From Gemmatimonas sp. (lineage in GTDB: Bacteria > Gemmatimonadota > Gemmatimonadetes > Gemmatimonadales > Gemmatimonadaceae), in contig OZ257156.1 in the NCBI GenBank assembly GCA_965279375.1, positions 5,088,001-5,152,000 on the forward strand: a DNA stretch of 64,000 bases. Direction: 5' to 3'. Numbering within the stretch: the first letter of the stretch is position 1; every line of letters starts with the position of its first letter. The notes under the pieces are model-generated. The model was not told where the DNA came from. It worked only from the letters and a program-made list of their open reading frames with translations, and did not search any database. The position numbers and the translations under genes were made by a program. This document shows, in pieces, positions 9,792 to 17,589 of the stretch.

Positions 9792-10991
9792 ATGCCTGCC
9801 GCCGCCCGCCTCTCTGCCACCCCCGCCGTGGACTCTCTCGCCGTCGCCCGCTCGCTCGAGCAGATCCGGGCGCAGATGGACGAGGTGGTCATTGGCAAGC
9901 GTCCGGCAGGACTCCCCATGCCAACGGGCGTCCCGCTGCTCGATGCCGCATTGGGCGGAGGCGTCCCGCGCGGCCGCATCACCGAAGTCGTGGGGATGCG
10001 CGGCGTCGGCAAGACGGCGCTGCTGCGGGAAGTGGTGCGGCGTGTGCTGGCCGCAGGAAGCTGGGTGGCGTGGGTGGATGCACGGCGGACACTGGCGGCT
10101 GCCCCTTGGGCTTCGCTGGGCTCGCGGTTGGTGATGATCCGCCCGCGCGATGCCGCGCGAGGCGCCTGGTGCGCGGATACGCTGCTGCGCAGTGGCGTCT
10201 TTGCGCTGGTGGTGCTGGATGGCGCCCCACCGCTCTCCCGGGTCAACGGCGTACGGCTGGCCCAACTCGCCCGGGAGCGCGACGCGGCGCTGGTCATCGT
10301 CGCCGACGGTACGCAGCCCAGCCGTGTGGGCGGTGCGGTCCGACTCAAGGTGACACCGCAGGCAGCCACGACTGCCCGACGACGATCACCGAGCACAGCC
10401 GAAGCAGCCCCCGGCCCTGCCCCGGGTTTCCTGGTGACCGTCGAAAAAGGTGGTGTCTTTCGTTCCGTCGAGGTGAGCAGTGCAGTCGTCGTGGCGCGTC
10501 GCGTGTGTACGGATCCCGAGATTCCCGATCGGCGCGGGGTGGCGCGAGGAACGCGTCATACCTGGACGCCGCACAGCCACGCCAACGACGCCACCAACAG
10601 CGCCCAGCCCATCACGTGGGGCGGGCTGGGTGCATCCGTCGAGAACGTCCGCAGCGCCGACGCCGTCCTCGCCACCGGCCACGCAGCTGGCGCTGCCGTT
10701 CCTGACGCCGACGCCAGCGAGCGACGCCGGCGCGACTGGAGCAGCAGCAAGGGGCGGAGGCGCGCCGCCGAGTCCGGGTATGGGAGACGGAGTCGCCGTG
10801 AGGCCGCCCGGGATCGGATCGGGGCCGCTCTCGCGACTCAAAGTGGGCAGTCGCATGGCAGCAACGGAACGCCGCGCCTCGGCCGCGACGGTGGGAGTCG
10901 AACACTCGGCGGCGGAGCCGCGCACGGCGTTCCAGCCGCCGGTACCCATGCGGGCGCCGCATTGGGACGCGTTCCCGCGGGCGTTGGCTGA
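9792..10991 (+). CDS. imuA: ImuA-like RecA/SulA-family protein
   Basis: PTGVPLLDAALGGGVPRGRITEVVG, Walker A GVGKT, VAWVD, LLRSGVFALVVLD. Lies upstream of imuB. Confidence 0.8.
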   Translation: MPAAARLSATPAVDSLAVARSLEQIRAQMDEVVIGKRPAGLPMPTGVPLLDAALGGGVPRGRITEVVGMRGVGKTALLREVVRRVLAAGSWVAWVDARRTLAAAPWASLGSRLVMIRPRDAARGAWCADTLLRSGVFALVVLDGAPPLSRVNGVRLAQLARERDAALVIVADGTQPSRVGGAVRLKVTPQAATTARRRSPSTAEAAPGPAPGFLVTVEKGGVFRSVEVSSAVVVARRVCTDPEIPDRRGVARGTRHTWTPHSHANDATNSAQPITWGGLGASVENVRSADAVLATGHAAGAAVPDADASERRRRDWSSSKGRRRAAESGYGRRSRREAARDRIGAALATQSGQSHGSNGTPRLGRDGGSRTLGGGAAHGVPAAGTHAGAALGRVPAGVG

Positions 10992-12819
10992 CGGCCAGCG
11001 GCTGCGCGTGGTGTCGCTGGCCGCCGGGCGCGCCGGTGTGCGGGCGGGGATGAGTGTGCCGGAGGCGCGCGCCTGTTGCGCCGCGCTCGAGGTGCGGGCG
11101 TGGGATGATGACGTGATGGCCGACGCGATCCTCGCGACGACGACGGCGTTGCTGGCGGCCAGTCCGCAGGTGACACCGGTTGCGGGGGCGCCGGGCATGT
11201 GGTGGGTGGGGGCGACCGGGTTTGGCGGATTGGGGGGCGAGGAGACGCTGGCGCGCACGCTCCTGGCGATCGCGCAGACGGTGCATCCGGACGCGCGGGT
11301 GGCCATCGCCGACTCGTGTGTGGCGGCGCGTGCCGCGACCTGGGCGCCCAAGCCATCGACAGCGCGTCCGCCTGCGACCCCCTATGCGAATCACCACGTG
11401 AAACAGAATGGGCGGGTGGCGGAGGCGGACCCACTGGCGTTGCCGGCAGGAGTGACGCTGATCCCGACGGGGTGCTGTGCGACGTATCTGGGGCCGGCGC
11501 CGCTGGGACTCGTGCCGATGGAGGAGGAGTTGCGCGACGCCCTCAAGGCGCTGGGGCTGCGCACGGTCGGGGCGTTGGCGGCCCTCGAGCCGGGCGATGT
11601 GGAGCGGCGCTGGGGCGCGGACGGGCTGACGGCGTGGCGGTTGTCGCGGGGCGAGGATCCCCGTCGGCCGGGATTGGTGCGAGTGGAAGCGGCGCGCAGT
11701 GCGAGCGTGGAGTTGCCGGCCCCGGCGGAGGCCGCGGCACCGGTGCTGTTCGTGGCGCGCGCGCTGCTGGAGCGGTTGGTGCGCGAGTTGGTGGAGGACG
11801 GCCGCGCCGCCGCGTCGGTGGCGATCACGCTGGTGCTGGACGCGGGTCGATCGTGGCCGCTGGAGGAGGAAGAAACGGCGCAGGAGAGCAGGCCGGAGGG
11901 CGCGCTGCGGGCGGACGCGCTGCGGGCGGACGTGCTGCGGGCGGACGTGCTACGCGACCATCCAGGAGCGACACCGTCCGAGCATTCCGCAAAGCAGCAT
12001 AGCCCGCTGCCTAACGCGCTGCCTAACCCACGACCGAGCGCGCTACATAACCCGCTGCATAACCCGTCGAGCTATCTCAACGCTGGGTTAGATGGGGTGC
12101 GCCCACCGGCACCGTCGCCCGATCGCCTGCAGCTGCTGGCGATTCCTCATCGCACGATCACGCGCGAGATCCGTCCGGCGCGGCCGATTGCGCGGCTGGA
12201 GCCGTTGTTCGATCAGTGTCGGTCGTTGTTGGAGCAGTGGGTGATTCCGGCGCCGGTGATCGGGGTGACGTTGAGCATTCCGGCCACCGCACCACTCGCG
12301 GCCGATCAGGGCGATCTACTGATCCCGTCGTGGCGTGACGCCGCGATGAACGCCGATGCGGTGTTCACGCGACTCCGCGCAGTGCTCGACCCGGAAAACA
12401 CGGGCGATATCGTGGTGCATCCCGTCGCCGGCGATGCGCACCGGCCGGAGGAAGCGGGGCGTTGGGCGCGTGCGGACGCGATGGAGTTGGGCGTAGCGAA
12501 CACCGCAGACGTGAAGAGTGCGGAGGCGAAAAGCGCAGAGGCGAAGACGGCCGGCGTGCTACGGTTGTTCGATGCGCCGGAGTCGGTGGAGGTGGAGGAG
12601 GCGTCGGGGATGCCGGACGCGTGCTGGTGGCGTGGGCGTCGGCTGAGCTTCAGCGCAGTGGATGGCCCCGAGCGACTGAGCGGCGATTGGTGGCGCACCG
12701 ATGCGTTCGCCCGCGATTACTGGCGCTGCACGGTGGCCAGCGAGGGGGAGTTGCTGCTGTATCGCGATGCGGTGCCCGGCCGCGCCCCGCGCTGGTTTGT
12801 GCAGGGGTGGTACGACTGA
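10480..12819 (+). CDS. imuB: ImuB, inactive Y-family polymerase scaffold
   Basis: N-terminal RVACVRIPRFP, AGVRAGMSVPEARA, LGLRTVGALA, and classic C-terminal GPERLSGDWW...ARDYWR...WFVQGWYD. GTG start overlaps imuA. Confidence 0.85.
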   Translation: MQSSWRVACVRIPRFPIGAGWREERVIPGRRTATPTTPPTAPSPSRGAGWVHPSRTSAAPTPSSPPATQLALPFLTPTPASDAGATGAAARGGGAPPSPGMGDGVAVRPPGIGSGPLSRLKVGSRMAATERRASAATVGVEHSAAEPRTAFQPPVPMRAPHWDAFPRALADGQRLRVVSLAAGRAGVRAGMSVPEARACCAALEVRAWDDDVMADAILATTTALLAASPQVTPVAGAPGMWWVGATGFGGLGGEETLARTLLAIAQTVHPDARVAIADSCVAARAATWAPKPSTARPPATPYANHHVKQNGRVAEADPLALPAGVTLIPTGCCATYLGPAPLGLVPMEEELRDALKALGLRTVGALAALEPGDVERRWGADGLTAWRLSRGEDPRRPGLVRVEAARSASVELPAPAEAAAPVLFVARALLERLVRELVEDGRAAASVAITLVLDAGRSWPLEEEETAQESRPEGALRADALRADVLRADVLRDHPGATPSEHSAKQHSPLPNALPNPRPSALHNPLHNPSSYLNAGLDGVRPPAPSPDRLQLLAIPHRTITREIRPARPIARLEPLFDQCRSLLEQWVIPAPVIGVTLSIPATAPLAADQGDLLIPSWRDAAMNADAVFTRLRAVLDPENTGDIVVHPVAGDAHRPEEAGRWARADAMELGVANTADVKSAEAKSAEAKTAGVLRLFDAPESVEVEEASGMPDACWWRGRRLSFSAVDGPERLSGDWWRTDAFARDYWRCTVASEGELLLYRDAVPGRAPRWFVQGWYD

Positions 12820-12845
12820 GATGGCGAGGAAACCGCGTGATGAGT

Positions 12846-13079
12846 AACCGGTCACCGCCAACGCCGTTCGCTCCACTGATCTCCCGCCACTCACCACCCG
12901 AGACCCGCGACAGGGTGGTGTCGGGTTGGCGGTCCTCGATCCCGCCTGAACTGAGCGAAAAACTCTGAACCGGGGACTGGCCACTGTACCCTGCCGCCGC
13001 GCTGACACTCCTCTGTTCCGGGTCGCGAGTGGTGAGTGGTCGGTCTTGAGTGGAGCGGACTGCGTCGTGAGTGACCGGC
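12846..13079 (+). repeat. ~220-bp self-complementary dispersed element, copy 1 (MITE/REP-like or structured RNA)
   Basis: Arms GCCGTTCGCTCCACT...AGTGGAGCG(G)AC. About 90% identical to copy 2 by manual count. Confidence 0.9.
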
Positions 13080-13106
13080 AACTGCAGTGCGTCTGACCAG
13101 ACAGGG

Positions 13107-13334
13107 CTAGTCGCGATCGTTCACGTTGTCGGTACGCTGCGCCGCCACGGCCGCGCGCCATTCCGGATCACTCCGCGACACAAGCCGACCGCCGATGTAC
13201 AACTTGGCCGTCGCCAATTCCTCATCCGTAGGCTCTGGAAGCTCGTCGTACTCCTCCGGCTGGATGACGTGCGCATCCACCCGGGCCAGATCAGAGCCGA
13301 TTTTGGGCAGCGAACCACGCTTGTTCTCTGGCAT
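13107..13334 (-). CDS. BrnA-like antitoxin, apparently lacking its C-terminal DNA-binding part
   Basis: GSDLARVDAHVIQPEEYDELPEPTDE resembles BrnA-family N-termini. Overlaps the toxin 3' end. No GRP...RHH segment follows. Confidence 0.6.
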   Translation of the reverse strand: MPENKRGSLPKIGSDLARVDAHVIQPEEYDELPEPTDEELATAKLYIGGRLVSRSDPEWRAAVAAQRTDNVNDRD

Positions 13335-13566
13335 TGGCCTTCCTCATGCTGAAGACGTGACGGGCATCGCCCCGCGGAGTGTAACCAACGAGCATCAGGC
13401 GACCGCGCAACAGCCCGAAGCAACGCACACGCCGTTCACCGTAGTCCCTGCGTACATCATCCAGCTCCGCGCACTGCCCAGCAAAGACGTGAAGGGCGTC
13501 CTCGAAGTCGAGGCCGCGTACAGTCAGCGTCCATGCGCGTTTGGCCGGATCGTACGTGATCCGCAG
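13291..13566 (-). CDS. BrnT-family ribonuclease toxin (non-canonical CTG start or pseudogene)
   Basis: Manual translation: (L)RITYDPAKRAWTLTVRGLDFEDALHVF...DDVRRDYGERRVRCFGLLRGRLMLVGYTPRGDARHVFSMRKANAREQAWF... An in-frame TAG lies two codons upstream. Confidence 0.8.
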   Translation of the reverse strand: MRITYDPAKRAWTLTVRGLDFEDALHVFAGQCAELDDVRRDYGERRVRCFGLLRGRLMLVGYTPRGDARHVFSMRKANAREQAWFAAQNRL

Positions 13567-13730
13567 CGGCTACGCCCCAAGATATACGAGCCGCCCGCTG
13601 TCCGGTGCCATGCAGACAGGCTACGACCGTGCGTACAAACGCCTGTCATCGAAATGACGCAGGGGAGTGAAAAAGCCCGCAAAGTCATGCACCCCCCTTC
13701 TCGTGCCCACGCGTGCCACGACCTAAGCCG

Positions 13731-15524
13731 CTACGGCGCCTGCCCCATCCCGCGCCCGCGACCATCCAGCACTATGTGCCGCCCCGTCGCCGACGACCGC
13801 AGCGCCGGCGCCGAAGCAATCTCGGCAGAGACCGAGATCAATTCCCCGCGCAGACTGCGCACATGCAGATCGCGGCCGGTGAGTCCGCGCATGACGACGA
13901 ATGGTGTTCTCAACCGCGTGGTGTCCTTGGCGGTCGCAGGTTGCCCAGGCCGCGGCGCCGCGTAGAGCAGCACCATCACCGGCTCGCCCGACTTCGAATC
14001 CACCTGCACCCGCGCACTCGGCGTCATCGGTCGTGCCGGCAACGACGACATTTCGGCGAGGGTGAGCACGCCACGCGTCCCGCGCGATGTCAGCGTCAGC
14101 TCAGTTCCGAACACCGCGCGCATGTCGAACACGACGCTGTCCGCGCTCTGGAACGTCAGCCCGCCCGAAGTGAGATCGACCGCCAGCGCAAACGGCGTGC
14201 GGATGCGCATCGTGTCCGTGCGAACGATCGGTGTCTCACCGCGCAGCACGACACGCGCCGAGTCGTTCAGGATGACGAACACGTCGGTCACATACCCGTT
14301 GGGAGTCGAGACCGAGACCGTACCCGTGCGAGGCACACGCGCGAGGAGTGCCGCTGAGCGCGAGGGCGACGACGCGGCCGGTGTCGCAACCGGCGGCCCC
14401 GCCGGAGACCCGGTCACCACCTGCGGCGGCGCCGGCATCGCGACCGCGAGCGACACCACCCCACACGCGCCCACACCAAGCAGCGCCGAGTACCAGACAC
14501 GAGGACGAGAAGATGGCGTGGTCATGGCAAGAATTCTCCGGGTGAGATGTGCGCGCGATGACTCCAGCGACACCAGCGCAACGTGTGCCCAACGAGGACG
14601 CGCAGCTGATCGACCGGCACGCTCGCCAACCAACAGCAACAGCGAGGCGTAGCGACGCACATCCGGCTCCGCGCGCAGCACGCGCGCATCGCAATCGAGC
14701 TCGATCGCCGCACGCAACCGTCGCGTCATCCACCACGCCGCGAGGTTCCATGGCATCAGCGCGAGCAGCAGTGCCGAATACAGCTGAAGCGCGGGATCGC
14801 GCGCCGCGAGATGCTCCCATTCGTGCTGCAGCACGAGTGCACGCATCGATGGTTCGAGCTCGAGCGCCCACTGGGGCAAGACAATCCGCGGACGGATGAT
14901 GCCGGTCGCGGCGGGGCCGAGGCTCGGCGTGAGGATCACCTCGACCGACACGTCACCAAGCGCGCGATCGTCACGTGCACTGTCGAGCGTAGTGCCGAAC
15001 GTGGTGTCGCACGAGGTCTCCCACGACACGCCCAACGCTGCATCGCGCCCGTGATCGATCGTCGCATGGGTCGCATCAGTGACACGCGCCGACCGCCGCA
15101 TCGCGAGTAGCAGTGCGGAGAGCATGAGCACCGACAGCGCGAGCCATGCGATGAGCAGAGCGCGATCGAATGGCGACGCCCACTCAGCCAACGCCGCAAA
15201 GCGATCAGCCACCACGTCGCGCCAGGCGAACGGCAGGGCTGTTCCATCCGTGTTGCTGTCTACGATGGACGGCTGCGCGACGGTCTCCAGCGCGTTCGGC
15301 TGCTGTACGATCGTCATCGTCACATCAACGGGCAGCGTCGAAGGCGAGGCCACACGCGATGAGAGCACAGCGAATATCGGCAGCACTGCCGCGCTGCACA
15401 GCAACACGAGCCACAGGCCGCGTGTTGGCAGCTTTCGCTGCAGCAGGATCGGCTCGATCGCGAGCCCTACCAGCACGAACAACAGCGTGATGAGCAGCGA
15501 GAACCCCATCCACGCGGCGATCAC
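13731..15524 (-). CDS. BlaR1/MecR1-type M56 metallopeptidase sensor with a non-PBP C-terminal region
   Basis: TM segments, GPAATGIIRPRIVLP, HEWEH (HExxH), ELDCDARVL, YASLLL. Overlaps the blaI-like stop. Confidence 0.88.
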   Translation of the reverse strand: MIAAWMGFSLLITLLFVLVGLAIEPILLQRKLPTRGLWLVLLCSAAVLPIFAVLSSRVASPSTLPVDVTMTIVQQPNALETVAQPSIVDSNTDGTALPFAWRDVVADRFAALAEWASPFDRALLIAWLALSVLMLSALLLAMRRSARVTDATHATIDHGRDAALGVSWETSCDTTFGTTLDSARDDRALGDVSVEVILTPSLGPAATGIIRPRIVLPQWALELEPSMRALVLQHEWEHLAARDPALQLYSALLLALMPWNLAAWWMTRRLRAAIELDCDARVLRAEPDVRRYASLLLLVGERAGRSAARPRWAHVALVSLESSRAHLTRRILAMTTPSSRPRVWYSALLGVGACGVVSLAVAMPAPPQVVTGSPAGPPVATPAASSPSRSAALLARVPRTGTVSVSTPNGYVTDVFVILNDSARVVLRGETPIVRTDTMRIRTPFALAVDLTSGGLTFQSADSVVFDMRAVFGTELTLTSRGTRGVLTLAEMSSLPARPMTPSARVQVDSKSGEPVMVLLYAAPRPGQPATAKDTTRLRTPFVVMRGLTGRDLHVRSLRGELISVSAEIASAPALRSSATGRHIVLDGRGRGMGQAP

Positions 15525-15934
15525 TTGCGTCTCCGTGCGTTCGCTTTACCCGCCGTGGGCGTGGTGTCAGCAGTCGCCAGTCGCGCATCGAGCAGCTGCT
15601 GCAGCGCGCGCACATCGTCGGTGGACAACGACGCATCCGTCACGAGATGCGTCAGCAGATCGAGCGGAGATCCGCGGAACAGCTTCTGCGTCAGTCGCGC
15701 CACCTGACTGCCACGCACGCGCTCTTCCTGCACGAGCGCGTGATAACGATGCAGCCGCCCTTCCTCGGCGTGCCCGACCAGCTCCTTCGCTTCGAGGTTG
15801 CGCAGGATGGTGAGCACCGTGTTGTAGGCGAGCTCCGCCGGCAACTGTTCGCGTACATCGGCCACCGTTCCGGGGCCATGTCGCCACAACACACCCAGTA
15901 CGTCGAGCTCGCGTTCGCCGAGCGATACGTCCAC
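15521..15934 (-). CDS. BlaI/MecI/CopY-family repressor
   Basis: LGERELDVLGVLW...LAYNTVLTILRNLEAKELV winged helix, paired with the M56 peptidase. Confidence 0.92.
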   Translation of the reverse strand: MDVSLGERELDVLGVLWRHGPGTVADVREQLPAELAYNTVLTILRNLEAKELVGHAEEGRLHRYHALVQEERVRGSQVARLTQKLFRGSPLDLLTHLVTDASLSTDDVRALQQLLDARLATADTTPTAGKANARRRK

Positions 15935-15942
15935 GGAACGGC

Positions 15943-16008
15943 TCCTGAACTATGAGGTTAGTTCAGGATAGGACGCAGACGAAGTTCTGTCAACTATCCG
16001 ATTAGTTG
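15943..16008. promoter_or_regulatory. Two palindromic operators AACTA-N6-TAGTT upstream of the blaI-like gene
   Basis: TCCTGAACTA-tgaggt-TAGTTCAGGA (15943-15968, perfect 10-bp arms) and CAACTA-tccgat-TAGTTG (15991-16008). Confidence 0.75.
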
Positions 16009-16039
16009 TTGGTCTTGGTCGGCAAGAGTTCCGGTGAGC

Positions 16040-16266
16040 AACCGCTCACCGCCAACGCCGTTCGCTCCACTGATCTCCCGCCACTCACCACCCGTAGCCC
16101 GAAACAGGGTTGTGTCGGGTTGGCGGTCCGCGACCCCGCCTGAGCTGAGTGAAAAACTCTGAACCGGGGACTGGCGACCGCGCCCTGCCGCCGCTCTGAC
16201 ACTGCTCCGTTCCGAGTCGCGAGTGGTGGGTGGTCGGTCTTGAGTGGAGCGAACGGCGTGACCGGT
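16040..16266 (+). repeat. ~220-bp self-complementary dispersed element, copy 2
   Basis: Same orientation as copy 1. Arms ACGCCGTTCGCTCCACT / AGTGGAGCGAACGGCGT. Confidence 0.9.
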
Positions 16267-16326
16267 CACCGATGGAACCCGATGGAGCGAACAGCATGGG
16301 GAGTTACCGCTGCTCTCGGCGATGCA

Positions 16327-17100
16327 TCAACGCGTGGGCGAGACCTTGCCGGTATCCATCGGTACTACCTTCGCCGATACAATCGAATCCAGCGCCGGAA
16401 ACCACGAGCGCAGATACGCATTGCCCTTCGATGCGAGCCGTCCCTGGTTGACCGTCTCGCCGTACTCGCTGTTCAACTTGTCGACGACCTCCATCCCCTC
16501 AATCACGCGACCGAACGGCGCGAAGTCGCGTCCGTCCAGCTTCTCGGCGTTGTCCACGAGGTTGAGAAAAAACTGGTTCGTGCGCGAGTTGGGCTCGGGC
16601 GTCGTCGCAAACACGATCGTTCCACGCGCGTTGCTCGTCTTGCGCGGCTCATCGGCAATCGTGCGCTCACGCCACACGTCGTTCACCTCCGGATCGCCGT
16701 GCATGCCGAACTGCGCCACGAATCCCGGCACCACACGAAAGAAGCGCGTGCCGCTGAAGTAGTTGGCCTGCACCATCTCGTAAAAACGATCCGCGCCCAA
16801 CGGCGACAACGACCGCTGCGCTTCGATGGTGAACACACCGGCACTCGTGGTGAACGCCACGCGATACACATCCGGACTGCGCACCGGTGTCTCCGCCGGC
16901 CCCTTGAGCAACGGATTGACGCTGTCCACCGCAGCACCCGTGGCCGCAGCGCTCGCTGAGGCACCGCTCGCAGAGCGATCGCCCGACCCACCACCACACG
17001 CGCTCAGCAACAACGCCGCCACGAGACACACCGCCGGCGACAGCGACAGTGGTAACGACACTAGCGCGACAGCGCGCGGATGATGGGCTCTGCATGTCAT
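16327..17100 (-). CDS. Cyclophilin-type peptidyl-prolyl isomerase, lipoprotein
   Basis: LLLSAC lipobox, FFRVVPGFVAQFG, NARGTIVFA, QFFLNL.DN, FAPFGRVIEGMEVVD. Confidence 0.9.
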   Translation of the reverse strand: MTCRAHHPRAVALVSLPLSLSPAVCLVAALLLSACGGGSGDRSASGASASAAATGAAVDSVNPLLKGPAETPVRSPDVYRVAFTTSAGVFTIEAQRSLSPLGADRFYEMVQANYFSGTRFFRVVPGFVAQFGMHGDPEVNDVWRERTIADEPRKTSNARGTIVFATTPEPNSRTNQFFLNLVDNAEKLDGRDFAPFGRVIEGMEVVDKLNSEYGETVNQGRLASKGNAYLRSWFPALDSIVSAKVVPMDTGKVSPTR

Positions 17101-17120
17101 GACGCGCGCTCTCCCCTCTG

Positions 17121-17138
17121 CTTCGGTGTATATTCGGT
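17121..17138 (+). promoter_or_regulatory. Second copy of the direct-repeat box, CTTCGGT-GTATA-TTCGGT
   Basis: 16/18 match to 9756-9773 in the same orientation. Lies 2 bp beyond the pyp stop and about 450 bp upstream of dnaE2. Confidence 0.6.
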
Positions 17139-17140
17139 AT

Positions 17141-17563
17141 TCATGATGTCGCCAGCGGCTGCCCCTGCTCATCCGAGATCAGCACCCACACGGTGCGCGT
17201 CCGCTTGGAGTAGAGCAGTCGAACGGTCACGTCGCGTGGGGATTGCTTGAACGCAAAGTGAAATCGGAACGACGTATCCAGCGACTCATGAATCACCCCT
17301 TCCTTGAAGCGCCCGTAAAACTCCTGGACCTTCGTGCACGGGGCGATCTCGGTGAAGAACTGCTTCCCGATCGCGTCTTCCTTGCGCAACGACGCGAGTT
17401 TCGACTCGACGGCGTTGTAATTCAGGATGCGTCCGGACCGATCCAACTGGATCATCCCGTAGGGCAGCCGATCGAGCTCCTCGGGGGCCATGGTGTCGGC
17501 CGCTTCGAGCACTTCGTTGACGGTGTGCTGGTGCCGCAGCTGCGGACTGATCGAGTTGGGCAT
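17141..17563 (-). CDS. pyp: Photoactive yellow protein (PYP) homologue
   Basis: LDRLPYGMIQLDRSGRILNYNAVES...IGKQFFTEIAPCTKVQEFYGRFKEGV aligns by eye with Halorhodospira PYP. Residues equivalent to Tyr42, Glu46 and Cys69 are retained. About 140 aa. Confidence 0.85.
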   Translation of the reverse strand: MPNSISPQLRHQHTVNEVLEAADTMAPEELDRLPYGMIQLDRSGRILNYNAVESKLASLRKEDAIGKQFFTEIAPCTKVQEFYGRFKEGVIHESLDTSFRFHFAFKQSPRDVTVRLLYSKRTRTVWVLISDEQGQPLATS

Positions 17564-17589
17564 CACACCACCGCATGGTCGGAGAGAGA

